A DNA stretch of 64,000 nt, from the NCBI RefSeq assembly GCF_006345805.1, contig NC_043013.1, positions 46,872,001 through 46,936,000 on the forward strand. Direction: 5' to 3'. This DNA comes from Octopus sinensis (Eukaryota). The notes below the pieces were generated by a model that saw nothing but the letters and a program-made list of their open reading frames with translations, was not told the DNA's origin and made no database searches. The position numbers and the translations under genes were made by a program. This document shows positions 52,830-64,000 of this stretch, piece by piece (position 1 is the first letter of the stretch; every line of letters starts with the position of its first letter).

Positions 52830-53899
52830 GATTTCAAATTTTGGTAGAAAGCCAGCAATTTCGGAGGAGGAGATAAATCGATTATATCGAGCCCAGTGCT
52901 TGACCGATACTTATTTTATCAACCCCGAAAAGATAAAAGGTAAAGTCGACCTCGGTGGAATTTGAACTCAGAACATGAAGAAACATTTTGCGCGGCGTGC
53001 TAACGATTTTGTCAGCTCGCCGCCTTAAGTACCTGCAATATATTTACGGGGAGCAAGTAGAGAATCTGCCGATTTGGGGAGCTCTTATGTGAGAATATGG
53101 AGTTGTTATTACTTGTTATCTACTTTCGATCTATCGGAAAGTTGACAAGATTGCTGTCTCCTTTATATATTCATAGTTAAGTGAACTAAGTCAGTGATAT
53201 AACAACTAAAGAAATATACTCAGACAAATTCTGCATAAAATCCAAATAAGTAAAATCGGTGCTTATATAGTATAGGGAACCAAGAGATTTCGATCAGTTA
53301 ATATTTCAATTACAGTTAAGGCGACGAGCTGGGGGAATCGTTAGCACGCCGACTAAAATGCTTAGCGGTATTTCGTCCGTCTCTACGCTTTGAGTTCAAA
53401 TTCCACTGAGGTCGTCTTTACGTTTCATCATTTTGGAGTTGATAAAATAAGTGCCAGTCGAGTAATGAGGTCGATGTAATCGACTTAGCCCCTGCCCCGA
53501 AAATGCTGGCCTTGCACCAAGATTTGAAACCAGTATTACAGCTATAATAAGAAAAAAGAACCTTTAGCTTAGTAGTGAATCTACATTAAAATAGGCAAGG
53601 GCAGACAACCTTAAAGTTTTAATTATGATCTGGGAAACAGTCCCATATCATTGAGAATATACAAAACTATTTCTTTACTACCTACAAGGGGCTAAACACA
53701 GAGAAGACAAACAAGGACAGTCAAACGGATTGGGTCGATTATATCGACCCCAGTGCGTAACAGGTACTTATTTAATCGACCCCGAAGGATGAAAGGCAAA
53801 GTCGACCTCGGCGGAATTTGAACTCAGAACGCAGCGGCAGACAAAATACAGCTACGCATTTCGCCCTGTGTGCTAACGATTCTGCCAGCTCTCCGCCTT
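52830..53899. mobile_element. Cluster of three Meta/MESC-like SINEs in alternating orientation
   Basis: 52830-53026 (-), 53319-53533 (+), 53669-53899 (-, tail 2). Confidence 0.85.
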
Positions 53900-54509
53900 G
53901 AATATACAAACCGCAGAATCTTCAACATGAAGTTCAACATCTGGAAGTTTAACATAAAGAGCGATAACTGTTATTCATATGAATCTATTTGTCGCTTTTA
54001 AAATGACAATATAATCAATAATAGCCATAATGTGCAAACACTTAAACATTAAAGTAAAACAGTAGAATTCGGGGGGAAACCGTGATGGTCTGTGTCAGCA
54101 AATAGTAGTTCATGTTGCTTATACAATAGAATATATTGTTATTCTATAAGACGAGATGTCTAACGTTTCAGCGCTCTTCGCTCTTCGTCTTCAGCAATAG
54201 CCTAAATATTTGTGTCTGATATTAACCAATATTAAATGATATCCTCATGAAAACTACATTAACAGAATTAATAGTCAATTTGTCTTTAAAGGAAACCAAA
54301 CTCATTGCAACAAAGCACTGCTTGGTTTTTAATACGCATGAAACAGCGAAAACCAAAATAAGTAGGTGCTTCTTTCCGTCATTGTGTTCGCGGAGGAAGA
54401 GTAAATCTGGTTCATGAACATTGTTTTCAATCACGATTGAAATGATTATATATATAATGATTATATATTATTATATACGATTATATATATATTTTAGTAT
54501 AATGTACCT

Positions 54510-54712
54510 AAGGCGGCGAGCTGGCAGAAATGCGTAGCTGTATTTCGTCTGTCGCTACTTTCTGAGTTCAAATTCCGCCGAGGTTGACTTTGCCTTTCAT
54601 CCTTTTGGGGTCGATTAAATAAGTACCTGCTACGCACTGGAGTCGATATAACCGTTTGTCTGCCCTTGTTTGTCCCCTCTGTGTGTAGCCCCTTGTGGGC
54701 AGTAAAGAAATC
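54510..54712 (+). mobile_element. Meta/MESC-like SINE, tail 2, 22-bp TSD
   Basis: ATATATTTTAGTATAATGTACC at 54487-54508 and 54713-54734. Confidence 0.9.
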
Positions 54713-55685
54713 ATATATTTTAGTATAATGTACCATTTCTTGAGACACGCTATAACAAATTAGCCTAACAGCAATTTCAGAATATACTTAGAAGAGTTAT
54801 ACTGAGTGTTGCATGTGGTTATATTCTTGAGAAATCCGTTTTCCGTCTATGGTACTTTCCGAGTGTTTGGCAACGAGAATTTACTTTCTCTAGCTTAATA
54901 AAAACTCACATTTAAATATCGTAAATTATCCCTTTGGGTTTCGCTTCCATCTTAATTTGGGTTAGTAGAGATTAATTCCCTTAATCAAGTACTTTGTTTT
55001 ATATATTACTAAAAATTCAAAAAGGTAGACACTAGATCGAAGTTTGAACACCACCTTTTGAGTTATACCTACAAGAGAGCTTCAAGTCAAACTTGCAAGG
55101 CTACGAAATGAATGTTAATCCCAGGTTTCATTTGTGAGATGCTCTAAGTCTAAAGCAGCTATTTATAGAAAAGTGGACTGAGAATTTAAGAAGTGACTAT
55201 TTATATTATGCACAGTAAATAATATTTTCTTAAACAATCAGAAAATGGATTAGCGTTGGATAAAGTCTGTGACTTGGAGCAATACTTTGGCAGCGATTGT
55301 ATATGAAATATTTCTACTTCTATATAGGTCTTGAGATTCTTGCTTCTCTGGTGAAATCAACTAGAATGTTTCCATTCTGGATAACTGCGTTCACAATTCA
55401 GTAACTGGAAGACTGTCTTTTGATACAGACAGCAAAGACAAAAGATAGATTCAGAACATGAAGGCAAGTAAATATACGCATGTGGAAAATTATTAAAGGC
55501 AGTTAAACTTAATGTATATTTATTTACGTGGTGCATCATGCTACTTGGAACGAACCTGTAGAAAAATAAGGACAAAATGTCAGCTCTCCTTCAGGAAATT
55601 TTAAGTAGCTAACGACCACTCTTGCCTTCAAAGCCATTGTAACCTTAACGTCCAAAGATCGGTGGAAGAGGTGGTGGTATATCAA

Positions 55686-55917
55686 AGGCGGCGAGCTGGC
55701 AGATACGTTAGCACACTAGGCGAAATGCTTTGCGGTATTTCGTCTGCCGCTACGTTCTGAGTTCAAATTCCGCCGAGGTCGACTTTGCCTTTCATCCTTT
55801 CGGGGTCGATTAAATAAGTACCAGTTGCGCACTGGGGTCGATATAATCGACTTAATCCGTCTGTCTGTCCTTGTTTGTCTCCTCTGTGTTTAGCTCTTTG
55901 TGGGTAGTAAAGAAATA
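55686..55917 (+). mobile_element. Meta/MESC-like SINE, tail 2, full length
   Basis: Intact head, core and tail; TSD GGTATATCA on both sides. Confidence 0.9.
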
Positions 55918-56392
55918 GGTATATCATAGGTCTTCAACAGTTTTGATAGGTGAGAGTAGTAGCGATAATTTTGTGCTTCTAATACTTGGAGTCTTTGTCA
56001 TTGAACTAAGGCATAAATGCAACACCTCAATGCTAAACAAAAAAAAATGGCAAAACATTTCTTAGATTTCTAAATCTGGTGGGTAGTCATCATCAACTCT
56101 TAGGGATCTCTGCTGACCGCGACGTAGATATAAGCGTGGGGTCGTTAGTTAATCCGTCCCTGTGTGCTATCAGTGAAATCCTGTCTGTTGCAAGTATTCA
56201 GAGGAGGTCTCTGATCTGTGGATATCATTCTAGATTTCTCCATGTTACCTCTGAGACTATGAAAAAGGATCACTTGAAGTGGTATTTTCTCTTCTAAAGA
56301 AGTAATAAAAATGAGGAATGTAGAGATGATCTGTGTCACAAGTCCCAACATCTTTCAGTAATATCATTGGACATCAATATAAAATACAGACG

Positions 56393-56590
56393 AAGGCAGT
56401 CAGTTGCCATGATTGTTAGCATGCCAGGCAAAATTCTTAGTGGTAATTCGGCCGTCTTTACTTCTGAGTTCAAATTCTGACGGGGTCAACTTTGCCCCTC
56501 ATCTTTTCGGGAGTTGATAAAATAAGTACCAGTTGAACACTGGGGGCGATGCAATCGACTTACCTCCTCCCACTGAAATTTGAAGCCAAC
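56393..56590 (+). mobile_element. Meta/MESC-like SINE (tail 1), diverged
   Basis: Family core. Confidence 0.75.
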
Positions 56591-56906
56591 ATATAACACA
56601 GACATTGCACTTATATTCATGTTCACATTTGCTTTATATGTCTACGGTATCACTCGGTTTAAAAATACAGACACATACAGAAGCACGCAATTTGTGTGTT
56701 AGTCAGACATATGAGTGTATGTATGTGTGTTTGTATGTGTAAACGTTTGCGTGTGTTTGTATGTATAAACGTACACATACGCACATAAAATTGTAAGAAA
56801 TTTTGGTGCTTATACTTTAAATTCAAACGCTGGCGGTTTAGTGTGGTGTGTTTTATGGTTAAAACTGTTTAGAAAGAATTGTTTCAAAATATACAATTTC
56901 CTGTAA

Positions 56907-57024
<118 letters not shown>

Positions 57025-57072
57025 ATATATATATTATTAATCATAGAAAAGACTAATAATAACAGAGAAGTT

Positions 57073-57151
<79 letters not shown>

Positions 57152-58042
57152 ACTTACAAATAATAATATTAATAAAAAAAAATTACGAGTTAATGAGGAT
57201 TTTCTCCAACTTATATATTTTGTTTTCACGACTGCGCATTCAAATTAATGTATGGTTGGATACTGCTTTGCATCACAAAAGACATTAATGAGTAAAATTG
57301 TATAGAACAATCTTGCTATCTCTGCAATATGTTAATTTTATTCAAACTTCATTTATTAACTGCTTAAACTTTGCAAATATTCATTGAAGAAAAATATCAG
57401 CCCTATTTCTGTGGGGGATATATTTGGCTAGGTTTGAAATTAAGCAAAGTACGCTTTCGGGTAAGACTAACTAATGAAGATATCTGCTCTTCCCCGGAGA
57501 AAATTACAGGAAAAAAAGAAGGTAAAAATAAAAAGCAATTCTAATTGCGAGAGTAATAAGAGGATAATAAAGGAGGTAAGAATTGAGAAAAATTAAATAA
57601 AAATTATAACCAAAAAGACGTAACAGATTTTTAAAATGTGTGCAAATTTTGGTTTTAAGAAAAATGTATTTGGAATTGTGTTGTTTTAGCTTTCTTTGTC
57701 GTCATTAGCATATTTGTTGGTTGACTTGGCATTAAATAACAGCAACACAAAACTCTGGATTCCAATTCCTGATAAACGCAGTGTTTTTGTTATTATTTCA
57801 TTCATTACCTGAAGAAATTTAAAGTAAATGAACGTTAGAAAACAACGAAAAAGAAAAATTATCCAAATCCAATAACAGCAAATAGGTTCAAAGCAGATAT
57901 TTTCTCTTCGCCATCAACACCAGCTGAATTATTCACCAAATATTGCATATGCACTGCTATTGCAAATAAGAATTTAGTTGTGAGCATTTCTTCGATTGGC
58001 AGATATATTTATCGTTTCCTATATTAAAATAATTTATAAATT

Positions 58043-58077
58043 TAATAATGATAATAATGACGATAATAATAATAATG

Positions 58078-58129
<52 letters not shown>

Positions 58130-58421
58130 TGATGATGATGATGATGATGATGATGGGGTGGTGGTGGCGGTGGTGGTGGCGGTGGTGGTGGTGGTGGCGG
58201 CGGTGGTGGTGGTGGCGGTGGTGCCAGTGGTGGTGACGATGATGATGATGGTGGTGGTGGTAGTGGTGGTGGTGGTGGTGGTGGTGGTGGTGAAGGTAGT
58301 GGTGGTGGTGGTAGCGGTGGTGCCGGTGGTGGTGGTGAAGGTAGTGGTGGTGGTGGTAGCGGTGGTGGTGACGATGATGATGATAATGATGATGATGATG
58401 ATGGTAGTGGTGGTGGCGGTG

Positions 58422-58453
<32 letters not shown>

Positions 58454-58485
58454 GGTGGTGGTGACGATGATGATGATGATGACGA
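58043..58485. repeat. Compound (AAT)n-(GAT)n-(GGT)n-(GTT)n microsatellite
   Basis: Direct reading; source of the poly-His/Pro/Val ORFs. Confidence 0.95.
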
Positions 58486-58700
58486 TTGATAATTTCTTGC
58501 AAAGGCATTCAGAGTCTCACACAAGGACGAAGAAAAGAAGTTGTGATATTCATGAAATTTCTACGAGCGATAAAACAGTTCCGAGTAAAGAAACAATTTA
58601 TTAGAATATTTAGATATATTAATTAGAATTTTACTTTTACGAATGCATCGCTTTCCACAATAACAATAAAACAATAAAAACGATAATGATAATGATGATG

Positions 58701-58775
<75 letters not shown>

Positions 58776-58812
58776 TGATAATGATAATAATAATAATAAT
58801 GATAATAATAAC

Positions 58813-59253
58813 TGTTTCAAATTTTGGCGCAAAGCTAATAATTTTAAGGGAAAACTATGTCGTTTACGTCGACTCCAGTGTTGAACTAGTACTTATTTTT
58901 TTAACCCTGAAAAGATAAAGGACAAAACAACTTCGGAGTAATTTGAACTCAGAATGTAAAGAACCTAAAGAAACGCCTTTAAGGATTTTGACCGACAAAC
59001 TAACCGTTTTGCTAGCTCGACGCTAATTAACAATATTAATGGTTTCAAATTTTGGCACAAAGCCAGCAATTTCGGAGCGGAGGATGAGTCAATTACATCG
59101 AACTCAGCACCCAACTGGTAATTATTTTATCCGCATCGAAAGGGCGAAATGCAAAATCGACCTCGGAGGTATTTGAACTCAGAACCTAAAGACGGACGAA
59201 ACGCTCGTAAGCATTTTACTCGGCGTGCTGACGATTCGACCTGATCACCGCCT
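58813..59253 (-). mobile_element. Two tandem Meta/MESC-like SINEs between (AAT)n tracts
   Basis: Copies at ~58813-59023 and ~59040-59253. Confidence 0.8.
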
Positions 59254-59271
59254 CGTATAATAATAATAATA

Positions 59272-59361
<90 letters not shown>

Positions 59362-59364
59362 TGC

Positions 59365-59405
<41 letters not shown>

Positions 59406-60042
59406 ACGCCGATAAATTTTCATCGGTCTCATGGGCTGCTAAAAGCATTACGTATAATACAAAGACAGGGCAATGGGAATCTACATAAACGTGTAAACAA
59501 TGAAAAGTTCGGAAAATGTTAACAACAAAATTCCCTAATATGGGGAAACACCATCGAAAGGTGACAAGGAACCCCGCAGATTCACCGAGATGAGTTGAGT
59601 ATTGTAGCAAGTGCTTCCCTCTCTCCCTCCTCAGTAATTTTCAGCTATTTGACTTGGATATAAGTAAATTTCGTATCCACCGAAAATGGGCGGGAAGGTT
59701 TGTGAATCGGAAACTGGTGCTGCTGCCGGTCATCACATCTAAATTCGAAGGGTTTTCCCAGGCTACATGCATTCGTACTGTCTATTGTAAGTGCAGCCAT
59801 AAATGACGACAGAGAAGAGAGTGAGGAAGGATCACTTACCTTTTTCTTATGAAGAGACAGGGGTTTTTCCCTCAGCTGGCTGCGGATGTTTTTACTAGCA
59901 GTTTTTTTGTATAGCCTTTTATTGATAATTCCTCTGAAATCTGATTTATTTATATTTTAAGATGTTGTATGTATGTTCTGATATCTGGATAAATTATTTG
60001 TGTGATGGAATGTTATTACTTAATGTGATGTAGTTCTTGGAG

Positions 60043-60412
60043 TGGAGGCGCAATGGCCCAGTGGTTAGGGCAGCTGACTCGCGGTCATAGGATCGCGGTT
60101 TCGATTCCCAGACCGGGCGTTGTGAGTGTTTATTGAGCGAAAACATCTAAAAGCTCCACGAGGCTCCGGCAGGGATGGTGGTGATCCCTGCTGTACTCTT
60201 TCACCACAACTTTCTCTCACTCTTACTTCCTGTTTCTGTTGTACCTGTATTTCAAAGGGCCGGCCTTGTCACTCTCTGTGTCACGCTGAATATCCCCGAG
60301 GGTACACGTGTCCGTGGAGTGCTCAGCCACTTACACGCTAATTTCACGAGCAGGCTGTTCCGTTTGATCGGATCAACCGGAACCCTCGTCCCCGTAACCG
60401 ACGGAGTGCTTC
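60043..60412 (+). mobile_element. tRNA-derived SINE, head 1 + tail A
   Basis: Full length with a small internal deletion; TSD AGTTCTT(A)GGAGTG. Confidence 0.9.
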
Positions 60413-61150
60413 CATCCCAGTTCTTAGGAGTGATGCACCTTTGTTGGCGTATGTGGTCCTTTACTTCTTTATTGTTTGTGTTTATGGCCGTGTAGTTAAT
60501 AACTGATTTGTTCATGCTAGAAGAAATGATGTGACTATCGTTGTGGTATTTGAATCAGATTGTGCTCGTAATGATGATAGTGGGTGGTTTTGGGGGGGGG
60601 GCGGATAGTGATACTGCGGACGGGACTGATTTGTACTGGTGTAGCCTCAACAGTTGTAGCAATGCTACCTTTTACCTCTCGCTACAACCCGCATTTGCTG
60701 CCCACCTGAGATCTCTATCAGGCCGGGACATTTTTTAGTATCTCAGGTTTCAGCTAGACCCAATTTTCTTTTCGATGTTTTTTTTTTAATGTCGTTCAAC
60801 AACAAATATAGACTAAGATTGTGACAGTCGCCCAAAACTACACAATTCACTATCCACAAGAAATCTAGTTTGGTGGTTTGTTTGTGACTTTTATGCGTAT
60901 CACCATCTATCGCATGTAAATCAGCATTAGTGTGAAGTCACCTCTTTTTGGGGGGTAGTTGAGTGCACCTTGCTTTGGCTTTCCGAGTGGAAAAAAGCTG
61001 AACGTACCCTAACTTATTCGCATGTACCACAAAACTGCTTCGCTGTATGTACGTTCTTTAAACAGTCTCCAGTTTGGTCTGAATTTCCTATCTTTTTGTT
61101 AATCATATTGTATCAAAGAATATATTATCCAAAATGTAGCTCTCCATTAC

Positions 61151-61270
61151 GGGAGTGGCTGTGTGGTTGAGAAGCTTGCTTTCCAATTGTGTCGCCTTGG
61201 GTTCAGTCCCACTGTGCGGAAAGTTGGGCAATTGTCTTTCATTACAGCTTTGTGCCAACCAAAGCCTTAT
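61151..61270 (+). mobile_element. CORE-type SINE head fragment
   Basis: GGAGTGGCTGTGTGG..GGTTCAGTCCCACTG..TTGGGCAA. Confidence 0.7.
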
Positions 61271-62819
61271 TATATAATTGCCATTACTGTATTGATATAT
61301 AAAATAACACATAGAGCTCACTTATTATTGTCATATAATAAACAAACAGAAGTTCGTGTACGAAATTGATATTTTTTTCTACTTCAATTATTACATGTTT
61401 TTCTTATAAAATACACACATACAGGAGGAGTAAATCTATATATATATAATAACACTGTGAATGTGGGTCCCGAGAAAGAGTAAAAGTAATTAACCGATCA
61501 ACGACGGGTATTATTGTTAGTATAATGATAAGTTTTAAAGTGCATATTAGATGCGAATTTACATGGGGAGCGGGCCATAAAAATCGAGTTCGGTCCTTGA
61601 CTAGTACTTTATTTTATTGAGGCCAAATGAATGAATGAAAGATGAATTGGCCCTGGCGGAACTTGAACTCAGAGGATTAAGAACGGGAACAAAATCAAAT
61701 ATAGATATTGTTAATATTTAAGAAAACCTTATAAAATAAGCTTCATCTTAGTGAAATAACTCTGTAAAGTGCTAATCGGTATGGTAAAAAATCTGAGTGA
61801 CGTTGAAACGGCCACCTGCATAATACAGTTGAAATGATACTAAAACTAGGTCTATTAAATAGTGTTTGGATACAGACAAATGTATAGTTCGCTTAACGAG
61901 TAATTTTGACCAGAAACATTCCAGCAAGAAACCACATCAAATCCGTCTCTACATCGTAAATGGTTCACTTCTTTAGTATTTCCTCAATGATCATGAATAA
62001 ATAAATCCATTTTGTATTTGTTAATACACTCTTGTTTTCAAAGCTTTCGTAGGTTAAACTCTAAGTAAAACCAATCATCAAATTATACTGCATATATTAT
62101 TTACTATTGCTTTTCGAAAGCAAAATGGCGCACTGTCATTAATTACACCATAATTTCCATACATTTGAATGAAAGAGAATTTCACTTGGCTGTATTAGGT
62201 CTGAAAAAATTGAAATTATCAACTATGCTGTGCTTTAATATGGGTCGCAACCATAGTATTTTTACAAGGTGAAATCTGTTTTCATTCACAAAATAGATTA
62301 CTTCCAATTCTGTATCGTGTATAAAAATAACAGACAGAAAAAACAAAAAAAACATACATCCTTCCTACATCACTTTTGTGTCAACTATCACGATCTTAGT
62401 CTATATCTGTTGTTGAACGTCATTAAAATTTTCACCATAAATACTGCTTTGTATTTTCAAGGCTATTAATGCTAAAGGAAGTTTGTATTTACAGAACACT
62501 GCCTAAGACTATATAATCCTGTTGGCTTTGAGATGGATTCAGTCACTGGTTCACGTTCCAGCTGATATATCCTAACGACACGCTTGGACACACACACAAA
62601 CAATTTGTTGCCTTTATCTGGTTGCTATAAATAAAACAAAGTGCTTACAAAATTTCTGTGAAGTCTAACGCTCTGATTGAACTTCGTTTCTACCTTTAAT
62701 ATAAACCAAGAAATGTTTTAGATCTTACCTTAAGCATCGTACAGTTTTGCGATGTGAAAAATGATCATCAAAGAAATGTTATTCGTACTTTACATTTTGG
62801 ACCTACCGTCATTCTTATT

Positions 62820-63331
62820 TCCACTGCGTGGAACCTTGGGCAAAAGTCTTTTATTATGGCTCTGGCTGACACATTACTTGTTAGCAGATTTAGTAGAGGG
62901 AAACTGTGTTAAAACCGTCATACACACACATACGTACATATTTATGTTTCTTTATTACCCACAGGGGGCTAAACACAGAGAGGACAAACAAGGACAGACA
63001 AACGGATTAAGTCGATTACATCGACCCAGTGCGCCACTGGTACTTAATTTATCGACCCCGAAAGGATGAAAGGCAAAGTCGACCCGGCGGAATTTGAACT
63101 CAGAACGTAACGGCAGACGAAATACGGCTTCGCATTTCGCCAGGCGTGCTAACGGTTCTGCCAGCTCGCACATGTGTGCCTTTGCGATTGCGTTTGCCCC
63201 CTTCCCATCGCTTGACAACCGGTGTTATTCTGTTTACGTCTCTGCAATACAACGCTTCTGCGCAACAGATAGAATAATCACCAAGCTCAAAAGTAAAGAC
63301 GGGCGACGATTTCTTCTTCAAAACCTTTCAG
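62820..63331 (+). mobile_element. Decayed CORE-type SINE with a tail-2 Meta/MESC-like SINE (62946-63169, -) nested in its internal repeat
   Basis: CCTTGGGCAA head to the left, CCATCGCTTGACAACCGG tail to the right of a young insertion. Confidence 0.8.
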
Positions 63332-63463
63332 GGCATTGCCTCATCCTGGTAGTGCCCAAGCCTGGCGTTGCCTCAGCCTGGTAGTGCCCAAGCCTGGCGT
63401 TGCCCCAGCCTGGTGGTGTTCCAGCCTGGCACTGCCCCATTATGGCGATACCCCAGTCTGGCG
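63332..63463. repeat. 16-bp minisatellite, 8 units
   Basis: GGCATTGCCTCATCCT/GGTAGTGCCCAAGCCT/GGCGTTGCCTCAGCCT/GGTAGTGCCCAAGCCT/... with alternating 32-bp sub-structure. Confidence 0.9.
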
Positions 63464-64000
63464 GGATAGATTTTTCTCGTAAACATTGAAAAGAACACTT
63501 GCTTGCAGGAAACTGTCTTCTTCTTTTGTCTAAGCAAACAACTGTCGTTCCATTTTGACCTGTTTTTCTCCTGTTTAGAGGCAAATTTCAATTGACTAAA
63601 AATATTTCGTGCATGTTAATCAGTACATAGTCCACCTGCTTGACTAATCTTTCTTTCTTTTCTTTTTTTTTTTTTATTTTTGCACTACAGCATACACCAT
63701 GACTTTATACTGAGATCCGAAAAGAAACAAAATAGCTTTGGAACGATCTATTTCTTATATTAATGTTCTTCTGATAGCTGTTAATATCCTGAACTGAAGA
63801 TATTAACTGTAAGAGACATAAAAGGAACACAATTGCCTGGAAGTTTACAAAACATATTTGTTAAAGGATTAGACAGGACGAAAGGAAAACTAATTAAACA
63901 GTGATAATTGTGCAGAAAAATAAAACAAAATAAAAATTATGGGAAACAGCAAATAAAATAAAAAAACTGTGAAATTTGATTCTTGCTGCCATTGTCAGCA

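Noticed and set aside
54160-54200. Minus-strand CUGAAGA..GAAACGUU
   Set aside because: No convincing stem I or stem II; at most a scrambled relic.
63332-63463. CRISPR-like array
   Set aside because: Contiguous tandem units without unique spacers; eukaryotic context, no cas genes.

Overview
This is AT-rich, microsatellite-saturated animal DNA, most likely intronic or intergenic. The SINE repertoire and repeat landscape point to an octopus/coleoid cephalopod genome (inference). I found no credible host protein-coding gene: nearly all listed ORFs are translations of (TA)n/(CA)n/(ATGT)n/(AAT)n tracts or of SINEs. Content: about 35 copies of modular tRNA-derived SINEs, decayed RTE and Tx1/L1 LINEs, Tc1/mariner and hAT relics, and a 100-N assembly gap. 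The most notable signal is a set of at least six unrelated short elements sitting in (TA)n tracts that carry type-I hammerhead ribozyme (HHR) folds with short, mostly palindromic stem III, as in Penelope-like/retrozyme elements. Nine motifs are clear, and one family has a fixed non-canonical CUGUNGA core. Other highlights are a SINE whose swapped 3' tail coincides with insertion into (CAG/CAA)n tracts, a 131-bp target-site duplication, and a minisatellite derived from a SINE tail. All folds and alignments were done by eye; no searches were run.
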